A stretch of 64,000 nucleotides of DNA, taken from positions 62,001 to 126,000 of the forward strand of contig JAQGDQ010000393.1 in the NCBI GenBank assembly GCA_030141605.1. The letters run 5' to 3'. This DNA comes from Tubiluchus corallicola (taxonomy: Eukaryota; Animalia; Priapulida). The notes below the pieces were generated by a model. That model saw only the letters and a program-made list of their open reading frames with translations. It was not told the origin of the DNA and made no database searches. Of this stretch, positions 38,404-53,213 are shown piece after piece; within the stretch, counting starts at the first letter, position 1, and every line of letters starts with the position of its first letter. Both the position numbers and the translations under genes were made by a program.

Positions 38404-40117
38404 CTAAAAACATTGCAGTCGAAATTATTTCATTTTCCTACACATAGAGGTCGCGCCACGCCAGCCTCGAGTTAGCCTCGAAGAGGTAAGACGCCGCGAA
38501 GCCAAGCAATTATAATAGCCTACAACTTATTAAGTGGCATTTGTGTTAAACTTGGTCGGTCGCAGTGGATTTTCAGAAATTATCTTGCACGTTTTTTAAT
38601 GTTTGACCTAAACTGGTTAGTAAATTTCTTCTAGAGTAATCTCTGGAGGTGATTCTCATAACATTTAGAAGCAGAATACAAAATAACGCAATTAGTTGTT
38701 AAGCACAGTTGTTCTTTTGTTTGCCATGATTGAAGTTAGTGTGTCAGTAAATAAAATTACTCGACACTCTTCAAATCATACGTATTATACGCGTATTTAC
38801 TGTTCACACGGTTCTGTTTTAGCGGGCTTAACAAACTAAGTGATTTTCAAGTCAATTTCATGTTGACTTTTTTCCTCATTACAAATTTAATGACTTCGTA
38901 TGATCAATGCACGTCGTTAAACTTATTACCCAGAATTCCAAGGTCAATTACACAATGGTTACAGCAGTTTACTTAAAGATTTCATTAATGAAGCCCGTTC
39001 AATGCCGCTGCTTTTCAATAATTTCACAGCCAGTCACAACAAGGCGCTATTAATTTCCATGAAAATCCGACCGCGAGTTTCTGTAATCAATATACGCGCG
39101 CGGTTTGCCATTATAATTCGCTACGTCAACAACAATTTATCGCGAAGCATAACAGATCAGTAACAAAACAAAGCGACAGTTGCAAGTACAGGGTTCGCCA
39201 AAACAAACACACTATGAAGTCGCGGCAATTATATTTTCTTTGTGTACCAAGATTAGCGGGAAAATTCGAAAATTTCAAATTTACAAAGTTTTTAGTCAAG
39301 AAGTACTGAATGTGACTAGAAATGCAGGCATAAGAAAAAGTAATAGTTTGTAAGATTTTTCCAGGGATTCTTTACCATTCTGTTCTTATGCTTTTCTCGA
39401 AAGCTATTGATAGGTATGGCGTGTTGAGCTTTTACATGCTTTAAACATTTATAAACAGCAGGTCTTGAAGGTGATCTGGTATTTGTTGAAGGTCATACCT
39501 TCTGTGATTACCTCTAGCAGTGAGGTACAGAATGAAGACGACCTGCCAGGTAGCACCATTACAATTAAATGCTTGCATTGACGAGAGTGTTATAAACAGT
39601 TATATAAGATACTAATACCAATATGAACGTAGATAAGAATATAAATAAACTTACATCCGTTACATAAGTGCACAGAAGGGGAAAGCAGGATGAGCCTGTA
39701 AATAGCCAGGTGAAATTACAAACTTGAGCCCAAAAGGTGTAGCTTAACAAATTATATGCCTAGTTCTTCAATATAGGGAGATTACTATTATAAATATGTA
39801 AACGTAAGATTACTTACCAACTCCTAAGAGTATTTGTATACTACAGAGAGCGAGATAAAATTAGACACCTACATCCATGAATACACAAAAGTATCCTTGA
39901 CGCTTAGGAGCCAAGGTGAAAGCAGTTTGGTGTAGAGTATATAATATCCCAGTCTTTGAATGTGTAGAACACTAGGAAAGTTCAATTTACATACCTGCAG
40001 TTGTGACTTATGTAGACGTGTTTACCTATAGACCATGAGTGTGGTTGCCTTAAGATTCCATATCTGCCATTCATAAGCCTGCAAATAACTAATTAGCAAC
40101 ACCTATACAATACATAC

Positions 40118-40244
40118 CTGCACCCATGAGTATATAGACCGCCAGGTGATATCGTTGAAGGTCGTGTCCTATACCCATCATCATTTCCGTGTCGGGATTA
40201 AATCGAAGCCATAGTGATATACACAGCAGAGCCATACCCGCAAG
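40118..40244 (-). CDS. Tetraspanin A exon 2 (first coding exon not located)
   Basis: ttgcag| and G|gtatgt; LAGMALLCISLWLRFNPDTEMMMGIGHDLQRYHLAVYILMGA(G); 127 nt. Confidence 0.93.
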
Positions 40245-41533
40245 CTGCAAAATAAACAGCATCATATTGTACAGAAATATCCTGCATCTTCAATTATTAT
40301 GTTTTATGCTAATTACACGGGTAATTGACACGGTGATTAATTAAACGCTAAAGTTACCCTAAGCGACAAAGCAACAGTCACAACAACAACGATATTTACG
40401 GCGAGGGAAATTACAGTTAAACGGTCATGGTCGTTTGTTTGGCTGTGGAGTTAGGCAACACCGGACCTAGTAAACAAACAGATAGGTAAGCGCTGGAAAG
40501 TTGCTGACAACATCTACAATCGCGATGGCTCTTAGTCGCAGCCATTTTAGCGGAACATCGTTGCGTAAGAAATTGAAGCAAGTTCATATAACGTTGTGTA
40601 ACTTGAAGTTTGAAAAAATACGTATTCGATAAATATATTTCGATTTTAAAAATAAGTACTAATGAAACATAAATAAAATAGCTCACATTTCACATACTGA
40701 GAAAACGTTTAAATTACTTTATAATGACCACAAGATTAAAAATGTTTTATGGTGAATCAGTGGTGGACACTGGGATAGTAACACAACGACAGTTTACCAG
40801 TTGGTGCGAATACTTTAAATTATAAAAATTATTTTCAATTTTATAACTCTTTCAAACAGGTAAGTGGGACGCTAAGCAGTATAAGTTTTTTGTGACATAT
40901 TTTAAAATCTTCTTTTCTTCCCCTTTAACGTTAACGAAAATTGTTTTACATTCTTGTACGTTGATTAGCTATTTTCTAGAAGCTGTTTTCTTTCCCGATT
41001 TTCTCAACCTAGTTTTTCTTATTTACTGTACAGTGTAAAGTCTCGTGTTGTAGCTGTAAGCCTACTAAACGTATAAGCACAGGCATTCAGGAAAAATAAA
41101 CCTCACGCTTTTGATAACTTCCATGCTGGTTGGACTGGTACATGCTTCTGTTTCCACGCTTAACAAGAGTTTACCCGTGTTTTCACGTGTACCAGTCTAA
41201 GCGCGTAATGTTTATCCTTTGGTGGCAATGATTGTTGAGATGTAGAAAAATAACAAACAAGTGTGTGTAAGAGAGATACTGGGAGGCTTAGCGTAGCAGC
41301 AAAATGTAGCTTGGATAAGAACGAAGGTGGTTTATACTTTACGTATAATTATAACCAATAAAGTGCTTACAGTTCATGTTACCTATAAATGAAGAAAATT
41401 AAACTAGGACATTGTTTCTTATTATGTTAAGCTAAATTTTTCACGTTAAAGATTGACACTTCATGAAGCGTCAAAAATTGTTTCTGAAATTATAATCAAA
41501 CGAACTGATTGCATGCTTACAGCATTAAATATA

Positions 41534-42104
41534 CAGGGTGGACGCAAAAATGTGAGCGATTTTCAAAGTATCATAAAGCCAAGAATTTTCGCCCAATTTA
41601 TATGTAAATTTAATCATACAAACTAAAGACATTTCAGCGTTTACCCGGTTTTGCTAAAAGAGTCCAAAAAATAAACACTTTTTACTTGATACTGTCATCA
41701 AGTGAACAAAAATGAAAAAAATGGATATTAGTATGTTGTATTGTTTTTGCTGTATTGATATTGTCTCTACTGATTGTATTGGGCATTAATATTGTTGTAT
41801 TGTCATTGAATGTATTGATCAAATCGGGCCTCGATTGAGAAAAGTAAGCGAGGTGTCAGGAAAACTGAACAGTTTTTTGATGTAATTAAAAACAAAACTT
41901 GTAGGATAAATTTTACTCTTGTTTCTTTAGAAAAGTTGAGCTTTTTAATGAAATAGCGTTAAAATCTGGAAACGTTGACCTTTTTATTTAAAACTTGACA
42001 TTATTAATAATGCATGCATCTATTTTCATGGCAAAATTTTTTATGCGAATGCAAAGAGAAATTTTTAACAGATTTTTAAAGGGCTTGTTTTTACGTCCAC
42101 CCGT
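41534..42104. mobile_element. Tc1/mariner-type MITE
   Basis: ta|CAGGGTGGACGCAAAAA ... TTTTTACGTCCACCCGT|ta. Confidence 0.75.
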
Positions 42105-43039
42105 TATTCTCTTTTATGTCTTGTGCTGTAAACACAAACGCAACAACAATTCCTGTCAATAAATTCTGTTAGCTTTGGCACAACCGTAAATTTTACTTAC
42201 AGACGACAGTTATGATACGTATGATGCATAGACTTTGCTTTTCTGAGACCCTAGTAGCTAAACATTAAGAGACGTTCTTTCGTGACACTCGGTTGTTAAT
42301 AATGAAAAGCTAATAGACTAGTAGATCTATAAATGATGATGATGACGATGATAAGTCTTTATTTGCCTCTTTTTGCAGGCAAAAATTTCTGTACAAACAA
42401 ACAATTTTACATAGACACTAGACAGAGTGAATTCTACAATATTACATTTACGGATTCTGTAATTAGCTTTTTTAATTTGTGCGTGTAACATTATTTACAG
42501 TGAAGTTAAACAAGGAGTATTAAAGTGAGTTCTAAAAACAAGGCTATTAATCAAGCAAATTTCTAGTCTAGTAACATATAAATTCAGATAAATTCATATT
42601 GTATTAAGTGCTGAAATTAAAAAAATGTTACATAAAGTACATAAAGTGCTATCTTACATAAAGTACATTTTCTCATATCAACAGGTGTTTTTGGTGTGGT
42701 ATATCGACCAGCTTCAATTTGTAATCTATGCGCGCTAACATGGAATTTTGATAGGCTTCCTTATGTGCCCTATGGACACTAGTAATCAAAATATGATTTT
42801 CGAGTTTACTCTCAGATTTGGATAGTCTACACGTCCTTAATTTATTAGAATCATTTGGACGAGCATTATCATTATAGATAGCAATTACAAAATAGCTATT
42901 ATAATTACTGCACAATTTCTTTTCGATTGAATGAATTAGCTAAAAATGCAACACTTACTACATGGCGTGCAAACTACTAGCTATTTACGGAAGTCATGCT
43001 GCACCCGAATATCACCCCGCAGCTTCCAAATAGCGCGCA

Positions 43040-43576
43040 TAAATAATAAAATGAATTTAATTGATTTTGCGACGTTAACGCTGCGCCTGAAATTTATTTA
43101 TGTCTGCTGCCGTAAATTTTCTTCGCACTCTATATACCGGGCAGGTGGCAAGACACGAGAGTCGATAAAATTGCAAAACGCAAACGGAAAGAACGCGCGC
43201 GATCAGATTAAATTAACCAATTTATTAAATTTTTTGTCGTAAGAAACGATATATGGATACGATTAATGCGCGCGCAAAAAATCCATAATTCTGATAAATT
43301 ATTGACGAGGAAGACACGCTTTCATTATAGACACGCATTCACAAAATTCTTTTCACACAGTAATTATTGGAACGTAGTCATTCAGTTGGTTATTGGAACG
43401 TTTTTTTAGTTTATTTTAGTGAATTTGGCCTTATAAGTCTGGCAGCTTCATAAACTCCCTTACCTTGCCATCTGCTCGGTATATAGAGTGCGAAGAAAAT
43501 TTACGGCAGTAGACATAAATAAATTTTAGACGCAGCATTAACGGCGCAAAATCAATTGAATTCATTTCATTATTTA
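43040..43576. mobile_element. Foldback element with about 110-bp inverted arms
   Basis: 43040-43152 is the imperfect reverse complement of 43464-43576. Confidence 0.88.
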
Positions 43577-46500
43577 TTTTTACTTATGTTTACTAATATA
43601 AATTCTGCATTAGATGTACGAATGCAATATTTTTATGGCAATAAACTTAAACTTAAACTAAAGTTATACGTAACTGATGTAAATAGATATTTTAGGCTAC
43701 TCTGCAAGCCTATACATAAAAACAAAAAATTGAAAGAAATGCGAATCCGAAAATGCGCAAAACATGCGTCCTTAACGGTTGCCAGAAATGTTGCAAAGCA
43801 AATCGATTACAACGCCAATAGTTTCGTTTATAGTTGCAAGTTGGAAAATCTACACTATTAAATGTGATAATTCTATTCAAAATTTTTGTTTTAAAGTGTA
43901 GGAGGGGGGGCTTACAGATTAGAATTAACGACAAAGTTCACCATTGACGTCACAGCTCTGTCAAGGGTGCAATTTACCTGCGTAAAATAACTAGATATCC
44001 TGTTATAAATAACCTTGGTAATTGGAAATGAATGTCCTAATGACAAACACCTGCAAAAACTGGCTTCATCTAGGATGTTGGCACGTGCTTGAGGGATTCA
44101 GACATGTGTGTTTCTTGAACTTGAAACAGGCAACATGGTAACACGAGATACAGCTAACAGAACTTACAGGAAAATGCGGTAACGTTATCCCGGTCGTAAA
44201 TAAAAACAAGGGAAACGATGCTGCTTGTAGTGGAAGCTTTTTTTAGTGATTCGAGTAGGTCGAGAATTTGCCGATAATAAACAGAAAAAACACATGAATG
44301 TGCAATTGTGCTTGCGTGGGGTGTGCCTAAGTCTTGGGTGGAGTGTTCTAGAATAAGATAGGCGACAACAGAAACATGTTCTTTGCTCTTCTTGGGTGGG
44401 AATTTTTTGTAAGGTAAAGTTTGTAAAGACTTGCATTTTAGACAACTTAATTGTATGACCTAAAACATAGATCATCTAGGAGTTGAGAAGTTCCACTTAA
44501 TTATGAACTGTCCGATTGGGTGAATAAGGAACTTCTGCTGTTAAACCATAATGTTCTTCAAAAAAGGGTAATCTCATTTCATAAGGAGAAACAGTTTACT
44601 TTCTTTAGTAAACTGCTAAATTCGTACTTGGTTATATTGTGAAAATCATACCAGGCCGTACAATTATTCTTTAAATTACATTCATCAAGACATTTCCAAT
44701 TTTAGGAGTATGCAACCAAAAATAGCACATGGAAAAAACACTTATAAATGCTGGACTTGTAACTTTTAGACTCACAATACAGTTCGTCTTACTAATCAGT
44801 AAACGTTTTAACAAAAAAAACAACATACGCGTTGTTTGTCTTTCTGGCGTTTCAATCATTTTGCCTATTTTACTCAAACTAATTACGTCCTACTGAAATG
44901 CTGCTCTGCCTCCAGTGTAGGCTGTTTTGTTCAAAATAGCTGTAATTTCTTATTGCCACTGCGCTTTTGTGTATTGTTTTCTCTTTTTGTTTATGTACTA
45001 TATAATTGTGTTTTTCACTTAAATCTAATTTCTGTAAAACCGACTACGTTGAATTTGCATGTAGATACGAAGCTTTTACACACGTATCACGTGTTATATC
45101 ACAGTGAAGGGCTTTGCAAAGCAGCCAGCCAGCTTTTCGGATGCATTTAGCGCGTAATGTCAGAGTGATTTTTCACACAGCTCGTGTGGCCACAACTTAG
45201 CATGGTGAGAGGGCTGTTGATGAAGGAATAGAAATGTTGTGACAAGGATACGCAAACAGACTGGGGTTCTCTCCCTTTTAATGTGGCCTGGAGAATGTTT
45301 GCGTTTCACGTCAGTGGAACTTGGTGAAAAACGTTTCAGCTCCATAACAGAGATTTCTCGTGGCCATTGAAGTCAGCAAAAAATTAAATTATACATGACA
45401 TAACGTTTTAGAATTTGAGTTTTGATGAATAAAAATAGTAAAAGTATCCGTATCTGCTAGTAAAGTAAACTGTTTCCGCCATATTAATAGTGCTATACCC
45501 GAGCAAATTTTTAATAGCAGAACTTAAGCTACTGCACTTGAAATCGGTTTACTGCGAAATTCATGAAATGTGAAGTGTTTGAAAGTTCCTAATACCATAA
45601 TTATGACTTTTTTTGCCATTTTTATCTTTTCCCTCAGCTTGAGTCGAAACATTGCATTGTTTATTTTCGCATGCATTGTTAAATAGAACTGTTCATTGTC
45701 TGTCTACAACGGATGTAATAATTGAAAAGTACGTTATATATTATGTTATTTAGCACACTTCGCATATTTTGATAACCTTACATGTGTTTTGTACTTCACA
45801 TGAACTGTATTATTTACATATATATATATAAATATATATATCGTTTATTGGTCATACATTTTTTTGTAAATCGTTTTGTATAGTGGTCATCAAAAGTAGA
45901 TTAATCTAAAACTGATATTATTTTACGGTACTTAATTAATTACGCCGCACCGCGAATTCAAAAACAGACCTTTTTGGAATTTTTTGCTCTTTATTGTGCT
46001 TTTAGTACGTGTGGTTTCAACGCTTTGCCACTCCACGCGACGTAATTATGGCGTTTTGATGTGACATGCGTTAGCGATGTGTAAGCCAATAACAAAGTCA
46101 CAATACTATAAGGGAAGCATATCCACGTAAACATTGATGCGTTTATTCTGCCGTGCGAATAGCAGATCCATTCATTCGGTGGTCTTAAAAATCTATAAAT
46201 TGGATGTCGAACCCTGGAAGATGTTTCTCACGTGTTACGTGTTAATATCATGTTTTTGTCCTTCGGCATGTAGCCGGTAGCACGGCAGATTAGCACGGAA
46301 TGCAAACTATCCGAAATGAAACCCCTGCTGACATACACACGAAGCCAGATTGACACCCATGTGGGACACATGCAAAAACAGAATAAAATTACCTGAAAAA
46401 ATCCAATCAAAATTCGTTTTAAGAAGAACAATACCTAACACAGACAACGGATCGTTGAATGTTGTTAACTCACAACTCTCGTTGAAATAAGTATTTACAC

Positions 46501-47299
46501 ATAATTATATAAAGTAACGTTAGTTGTTTACTCAGTTAGCGGTGCAGGCTTAATATAATATACAGTAATTAATCTGAACAGTACTCAGTGGAATTACTCA
46601 CGTACTAACGATTAAAGGATTTGATACTCATTCTCACGTCTCAGGGTTTTCATAGAAAATCTGAGACTACCCAGATTTAATTTATAAGATTTGATTATAT
46701 GGTTAAAAGAATTTATGCTTATCATTAAATTATGCTTACGCATCTTAAATAGCAGTATACGTTTCTCTACCAATTAAACCATTCTAATTACGCCAATCAT
46801 AGGATTGATAAGTCATCTACTGCCAAAACCAGATAAACTCTAATGTGTTGAGTTACTGCCTTCGAATGTACATACTTGAGCTGTATTGTACCCTGAAGAA
46901 ATCAAGTCACTACAAAATTGCTCTTAGCTTGCATGCTGAGCGTTAAAAATCATACATTGGAATCTTGGAAACCACTAATCACTGCGTTAATCAATGGCAC
47001 TTGTTGGGAGACTTTAATGTCGGTACGATTATGGCTTCGTATAACAGCGCAAGTAGGCTGATTTTAATATCTCATTTCACTTGAAATTACAGCTTCGTTT
47101 GGAACACCATAATCTCGTTTAGACAGAACTGTAATTCAGCAGTTGCAATTGGCTTTTTATGTGGGCTGATTTCGAAGTTTGATTTAGTAATTAAATCGGC
47201 TCATTAGTTTGTATATCGCTGTGTGAAACTAAATGCCATTAGAAATTTCGTTTAATTTGAAGCAGACAGCGCACTATCTTGCGGGCCCTCTTTGTTCAT

Positions 47300-47850
47300 A
47301 TATGACTTGCAACTAGCTTATATTCCTAGACATCAAATGTCCTATCATGCATATACGTTCAGGGACTAGATTATATTCCCATATATCAAGTGCCATTTGC
47401 TGATATGTGACTTGCAGCTATAATATATTCCTTATAGGCCTACATTAAAAGTCTCATTATGCAGATGTATGACTTGCAGCTATAATATATTCCTTATAGG
47501 CCTACATTAAAAGTCTCATTTTGCTGATCTATGACTTGTAGCTATAATATATTCCTTATAGGCCTACACTAAAAGTCCCATTTTGCTAAAGTATGACTTG
47601 CAGCTATAATATATTCCTTATAGGCCTACATTAAAAGTCTCATTATGCTGATATATGACTTGCAGCTATAATATATTCCTTATAGGCCTACACTAAAAGT
47701 CCCATTTTGCTAAAGTATGACTTGCAGCTATAATATATTCCTTATAGGCCTACGTTAAAAGTCCCATTTTGCTGATGTATGACTTGCAGCTTTAATATAT
47801 TCCTTATAGGCCTACATTAAAAGTCCCATTTTGTTCACATGTGACTCCTG
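47300..47850. repeat. 62-bp minisatellite (about 7 good plus 2 degenerate copies)
   Basis: tgacttgcagctataatatattccttataggcctac at 47408, 47470, 47532 and on. Confidence 0.95.
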
Positions 47851-48392
47851 GGACTATTGCAGTCCAGACTGTCTGATTATTATTTGAAACTCTGTTGTCG
47901 AGTGAACGACACACTGAGGAGGGAATATTGATCAAACAGACTTCTCTTCTTCTAGCTGAATGCTTTTCAAACCGTCCGCAAAAAACTCGGAATATTCAAT
48001 TTTCGATGAACAATTTTCCAACGAGAAAAGAAAGAAACTTAATGCCTCGCTATTGTTGCATTCTTCTAAAATTTTGCTCGATGCATTTTAGGAATAAAAT
48101 TACACAATATTCATCCTTGGATATTATTCACGCAATTGGTGGTCTTATTGGGTTTCAGCACACTATACAGAGTTGCAACTATGGCAACCCTGCAGGGAAT
48201 ATTTCTATAGTTTGCGTGACCTGTGTTTCAAACTCAGTATAGAACTATAAACCAGCTGTTATGTCAGTATCTTACGTAGCTATTATTATTCTATTATAAT
48301 TTACGGCAGCAGAAAAAAGCTTCATCACATGAAATACCGTGCCATCTGTGCCACTAATATAGTTAGATCTATAATTAAGAGAAATTTTCTGG

Positions 48393-48424
48393 TTATTGTT
48401 ATTATTATTATTATTGTTGTTGTT

Positions 48425-48478
<54 letters not shown>

Positions 48479-48593
48479 GCTGCTGCTGCTGCTGTTGCCG
48501 CTGTTGTTGCTGTTGTTATTTGTTGTTGTTGCCGCTGTCGTCATCGTCATGGTCATCATCATGATTATCATCATCATCATCATCATCATCATT
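48393..48593. repeat. Mixed trinucleotide microsatellite (ATT/GTT/GCT/CAT)
   Basis: Directly visible. Confidence 0.93.
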
Positions 48594-49178
48594 AAAACAT
48601 GTAAGCTCTCATACAGATTTTGTAACAACCAAAGTATAAGTTGCGTTTGTAAGGCTCTCCAGGACGTAAGGGATGCCAACCTGTTACTTAGTAACGAAAA
48701 TTTATTTTATTGGAAACGCTTGAGGCGCGGTTCTCTTTGGGCATGCGCAACAGGTTTTTGTAAAAGAAGACACAAAAACGCAAAATTGAAAATGGAAAAA
48801 CGCATAAAATAACACATAAACTAATTAGTACTACGTTTTTACGCTTATAAAGCAGATAGGTTCTTGTAATTAGTTTAACGGTTTAGTTGCTTTTGTGCCA
48901 ACCCGTATGAGAACAACCTGTACTAATCCGGAAAGGTTTTTGCCCAGGAAAATATGATATGAACTCTCTGACCTTGGACACCAAAATTAATCTCCCGGAA
49001 TTTGAGAATTTCGGCCAAACTGATAGTAAAAAAGAGTAAAAAAGTTAATTACTCGCTTAAACAACTCAGTGAATTCTTTAATTAAATATTATTTTCTTTA
49101 GCTGAACTTCAAAAATTCGTATTTTTAAGTAACCAGCTTCATAGCCTCAAAACAATTCAAAAATTGTTTTTATTTTAA

Positions 49179-49635
49179 CTCTTTCATACCCGTTGTATCC
49201 CGTGGGATACGTGATTATTTTCTGCCTTTAAAATTAACAAAATTTTAAAACTGACAGTTATTTGATCTGTTAATAGTTATTTTGATTTAAGCCAATAACA
49301 ATAGACTAAAAATGGTGATAAAATGGCAAACTAAAAAATTTACGTAGCATAAAAAACTGTGCAAGGTACAGTACTTTAGAGACGATTTTGTACAGATCAG
49401 CATAGCATGCATACTAAATGTCTTAAATACTTTAAAAAATTATCAGTAGTTGCAAAATGAAGCACATTTTATGCTTCCATTGAATCCCAATGTATCCCGT
49501 GGGATACAGGCTATATTTAGCACGCGGGCACAGATAGAAAAAATAATTATTATGTGTAAACAAGATGGACATACTGAACAAAAGTACCAAGCCAAAAAAT
49601 TTTTCTTATTAAAAAATAATCTGGGACTGAAAGGG
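49179..49635. mobile_element. piggyBac-type MITE
   Basis: ttaa|CTCTTTCA ... TGAAAGGG|ttaa; internal palindrome tgtatcccgtgggatac twice. Confidence 0.8.
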
Positions 49636-50851
49636 TTAAAGAGTAATCTATGAACGTTTTAACCTGTTCAAAGCTTATTACACGCACGTAATATTATATT
49701 GCGGCTTTTCAACATTTGATAAGTTTGACCTCTCTATAGCTCTCGAGTTTAAACCTTTTTAGTGATTGAAAAACTTTCCATGCAGTTACAAATCTAAGCG
49801 TTAAGCCTTCTCGCAGATCTACACAGCTTTCGCATTTATTCATAACGACTTTTTCTGGCTTTCCATGGCAGCTTTGTGTAGACGCACTGCACCTATTGTA
49901 CGAGCGTTTAGCCGATATTAATTAGCAGTATACATGGGAAACTGTACAATACGTGTGAATCATGACCCAGCAGCTGTGACTCACCGATTTGTGGGCAATG
50001 GCTTCATCCTAGTGATAAACTGATGGAAAGCGAAAGTAGAAAAACTGAGTGAAAATAGTTAATGAAAAACATCGTCATTTCTTGAGACGAATGACTTACG
50101 TCGCTTTGTAAATGGTGTTTATACAGAAAAATCCTAATGTCAAAGAAGCCAGATCAATCTCTACTACAAGTTACAAACGAAATGTCTCATAATGAATAAT
50201 GTATAATGTACATACTATTTGATAGTGACTCTTAGTCAAGAGAATTTACAAGGGGATGTTAAGGTGGGTCAGTTTGTTCATATAGGCTTGGTTAAAAGTT
50301 CAAGAAGGAGACATATATTGGCAGTATAACTGTTGTTATTAACTCACCTAGACTTGTCAAATGTTGCTTTTTATGAAATTGAACGAATTATTATAAAATT
50401 AGCCTCTAAAATTTATTTATTTACTAACCCTTATATATTTACTCTTGTAATTTCATTTTATTTCATTTTAGTACTATATTTGTATTTCATATGGTCCTAG
50501 TTACCGAAATAAAAATTTGAATTGAACTGAATTGAAATATTATCGATGCGCACGGACAGTCAACGGCTGCAATTCAATAAAAATGGCAAAACTCGGTTGC
50601 TTCAACAGATTTAAAATAGCTTCATCCTGAAAAACAGGCTAATAAAATTACAACCAATACTCTAAAATCAAAGCTAAAGGCTTCAACGATGAAAAAGAAT
50701 ATGTGAGTAACCAATATAGTATAAGAATCTCTATAGGACTCATAGTACTAGGCTTTGGACATTTGCAATAAGTATATGCAGTCTATAATTAAATATAAAG
50801 CAATCTGAATATGGTAATCTAGTTAATCTGAACGAAATAATGATTATAGTA

Positions 50852-51114
50852 AGACGTAGAGACTTCTTTCGCAACTTGTTGCTCAACTTCTCTCTGAGAA
50901 AAGTTGCCAAGCTGTTCACACTTTGTAACAAGTTGCGAGAGAAGTTGCCAAACCTTCCGCAAGTTGCAACAAGTTGAGTGAGAAGTTGCAAAGTCTTTCG
51001 CAAGTTGCAACAAGTTGCGAGAGAAGTTGCCAAACTGTTCACACGTTGCAACTTTACTCTCAGGGAGAAGTTGCGCAACAAGTTGCGAAAGAAGTCTCTA
51101 CGTCTGAACGCGCC
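50852..51114. mobile_element. MITE with about 55-bp TIRs and AAGTTGC subrepeats
   Basis: agacgtagagacttctttcgcaacttgttgc ... gcaacaagttgcgaaagaagtctctacgtct. Confidence 0.88.
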
Positions 51115-52827
51115 AAAAAACAAATTAGAGGCCAATTAAATTTATAGACCAAATTAGAAATAGACCAAAACTCAACGCGCCATTACAGTATCAGAAAGAG
51201 GAAAAATGTTTTTCTACCCACGATGTAAGTTGTGACGGGAAATAACCAAAAGCTGCACTTCATTTGGATGGACAGAGTATAATTTTCTGTATTGCTGCAC
51301 TTTGAAAACGGGAAATGATGAGCTGTGAATTGTTGTTGTTTTACTTTCATATTCCAGCGTTTGATTAAATTGCGTGAGTTGAATTATTTGTGCGAGACGA
51401 AACGGTAATAAACAAGCGTGACAACGTTGATTCAACAATGTAAAATCCATGAAATTCCCGGGTGGATTCGTGGATTCAGTGGAGCATTGGATGCTGATCG
51501 GCCGCAATTAGAACGTAATTAGTTAGGTAAATAATTGCTTTTGCTACAGTGCGCTCAGTTTTAAGTATCGCATAAATTTAGCGTAATTGGCTTAACGTGT
51601 TATACATGATAATGAAGCAATATTATAATTTTTAATTTTTTATTTCAATGTTTTTCATCTGTAGAAGCGTAAGGGTGTCTCCATTTTTGCCAACAAACTT
51701 TCGTGGTCAAAGTGAAAAGTTGTACATGTGTCATGGTCATCTGGTTTATTAGATTGACGTAATAGTTGATTAGGAGCAAGATTGTTGTTACTTATTTCTC
51801 TTATTTCTATTAAAACATGGCGGACGAATGCCTATTTTGAATGTTTCTCTATGCGAGCGAATTCGGCGTTTACAGTCTCGCTGTCAGTATCTTCTACAGT
51901 CTCACTGTCAGCATCTTCTGCAGTCTCACTGTCAGCATCTTCTGCACTCGCGACGACAAATCTCAAACATGAACTGTTAACCACAACTAATTTTTCATTG
52001 AAATTTCTTTTACATTTCACAATATTTTCAGTATACACCGTTTTTCTTCAGTTTTACTGATCTTTGCAAACTCTTACAAATTTCACGCTCCCTAGCAATC
52101 GAGAACCAAATTTAACCTACAGCCAAATCTGGAAGAAGAAAATAAAAAGTTCACCTTAATTATGATTATTAATACTGTTGCTTATCACTGTCGACTGCTG
52201 TTTGTCTACTAGACTACAAGTAACGTGAAGCTGCCGATCAGATAAACGAAGACAAAAATCGCATTCTCTGTACACTGAGATTAAGCATTATTAAGTACTT
52301 TTGACTTAATTATTTTGCTAGTATATTTGTTTATTTAAACGTAAAAAACCTCCTGCTTTGTAGCGTCAGATCATTTCATGGCGAATACGTCTCATAATAG
52401 CAGAACTGTTCGCCAACAATAAAAATTTTAAAAATTGGATATTTTGGTAAGTAATTAATTTTTAGTTTCACAGGCGTCTTAAATTGGGTTACGCCCTATT
52501 GCAACAACTCAACCAGAATCTTTTGATTGTCTCTGGTATTTACACAATACGGGTTTAAAAGAAATGACAAGTCACTTAGTATGTTGTGTTCATTTTGCTG
52601 TTATCACTTAAATTTAGAAGAATATAGCAAAAGCAACTTGCAAAAAGCCGATTTATAAAGCATAAAGTTGATTTATAATACCGCTGCATAGAAATTGTCA
52701 GGCGCAGTGGTAGCCGCCATTCACTTGAAAATTATGACGTAACTGGTGGACTTCGTGATTTTTCGCAAACGCATCGTGGGGCTTTCGTAAGCGCATGCTA
52801 CTTAAACTAATTCTAATTTTTGCAGCT

Positions 52828-52903
<76 letters not shown>

Positions 52904-52907
52904 TGTT

Positions 52908-52963
<56 letters not shown>

Positions 52964-52974
52964 TGTTGTTGTTC

Positions 52975-53050
<76 letters not shown>

Positions 53051-53057
53051 TGTTGTT

Positions 53058-53127
<70 letters not shown>

Positions 53128-53128
53128 C

Positions 53129-53212
<84 letters not shown>
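52828..53212. repeat. (TAG)n microsatellite
   Basis: Directly visible. Confidence 0.97.
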
Positions 53213-53213
<1 letters not shown>

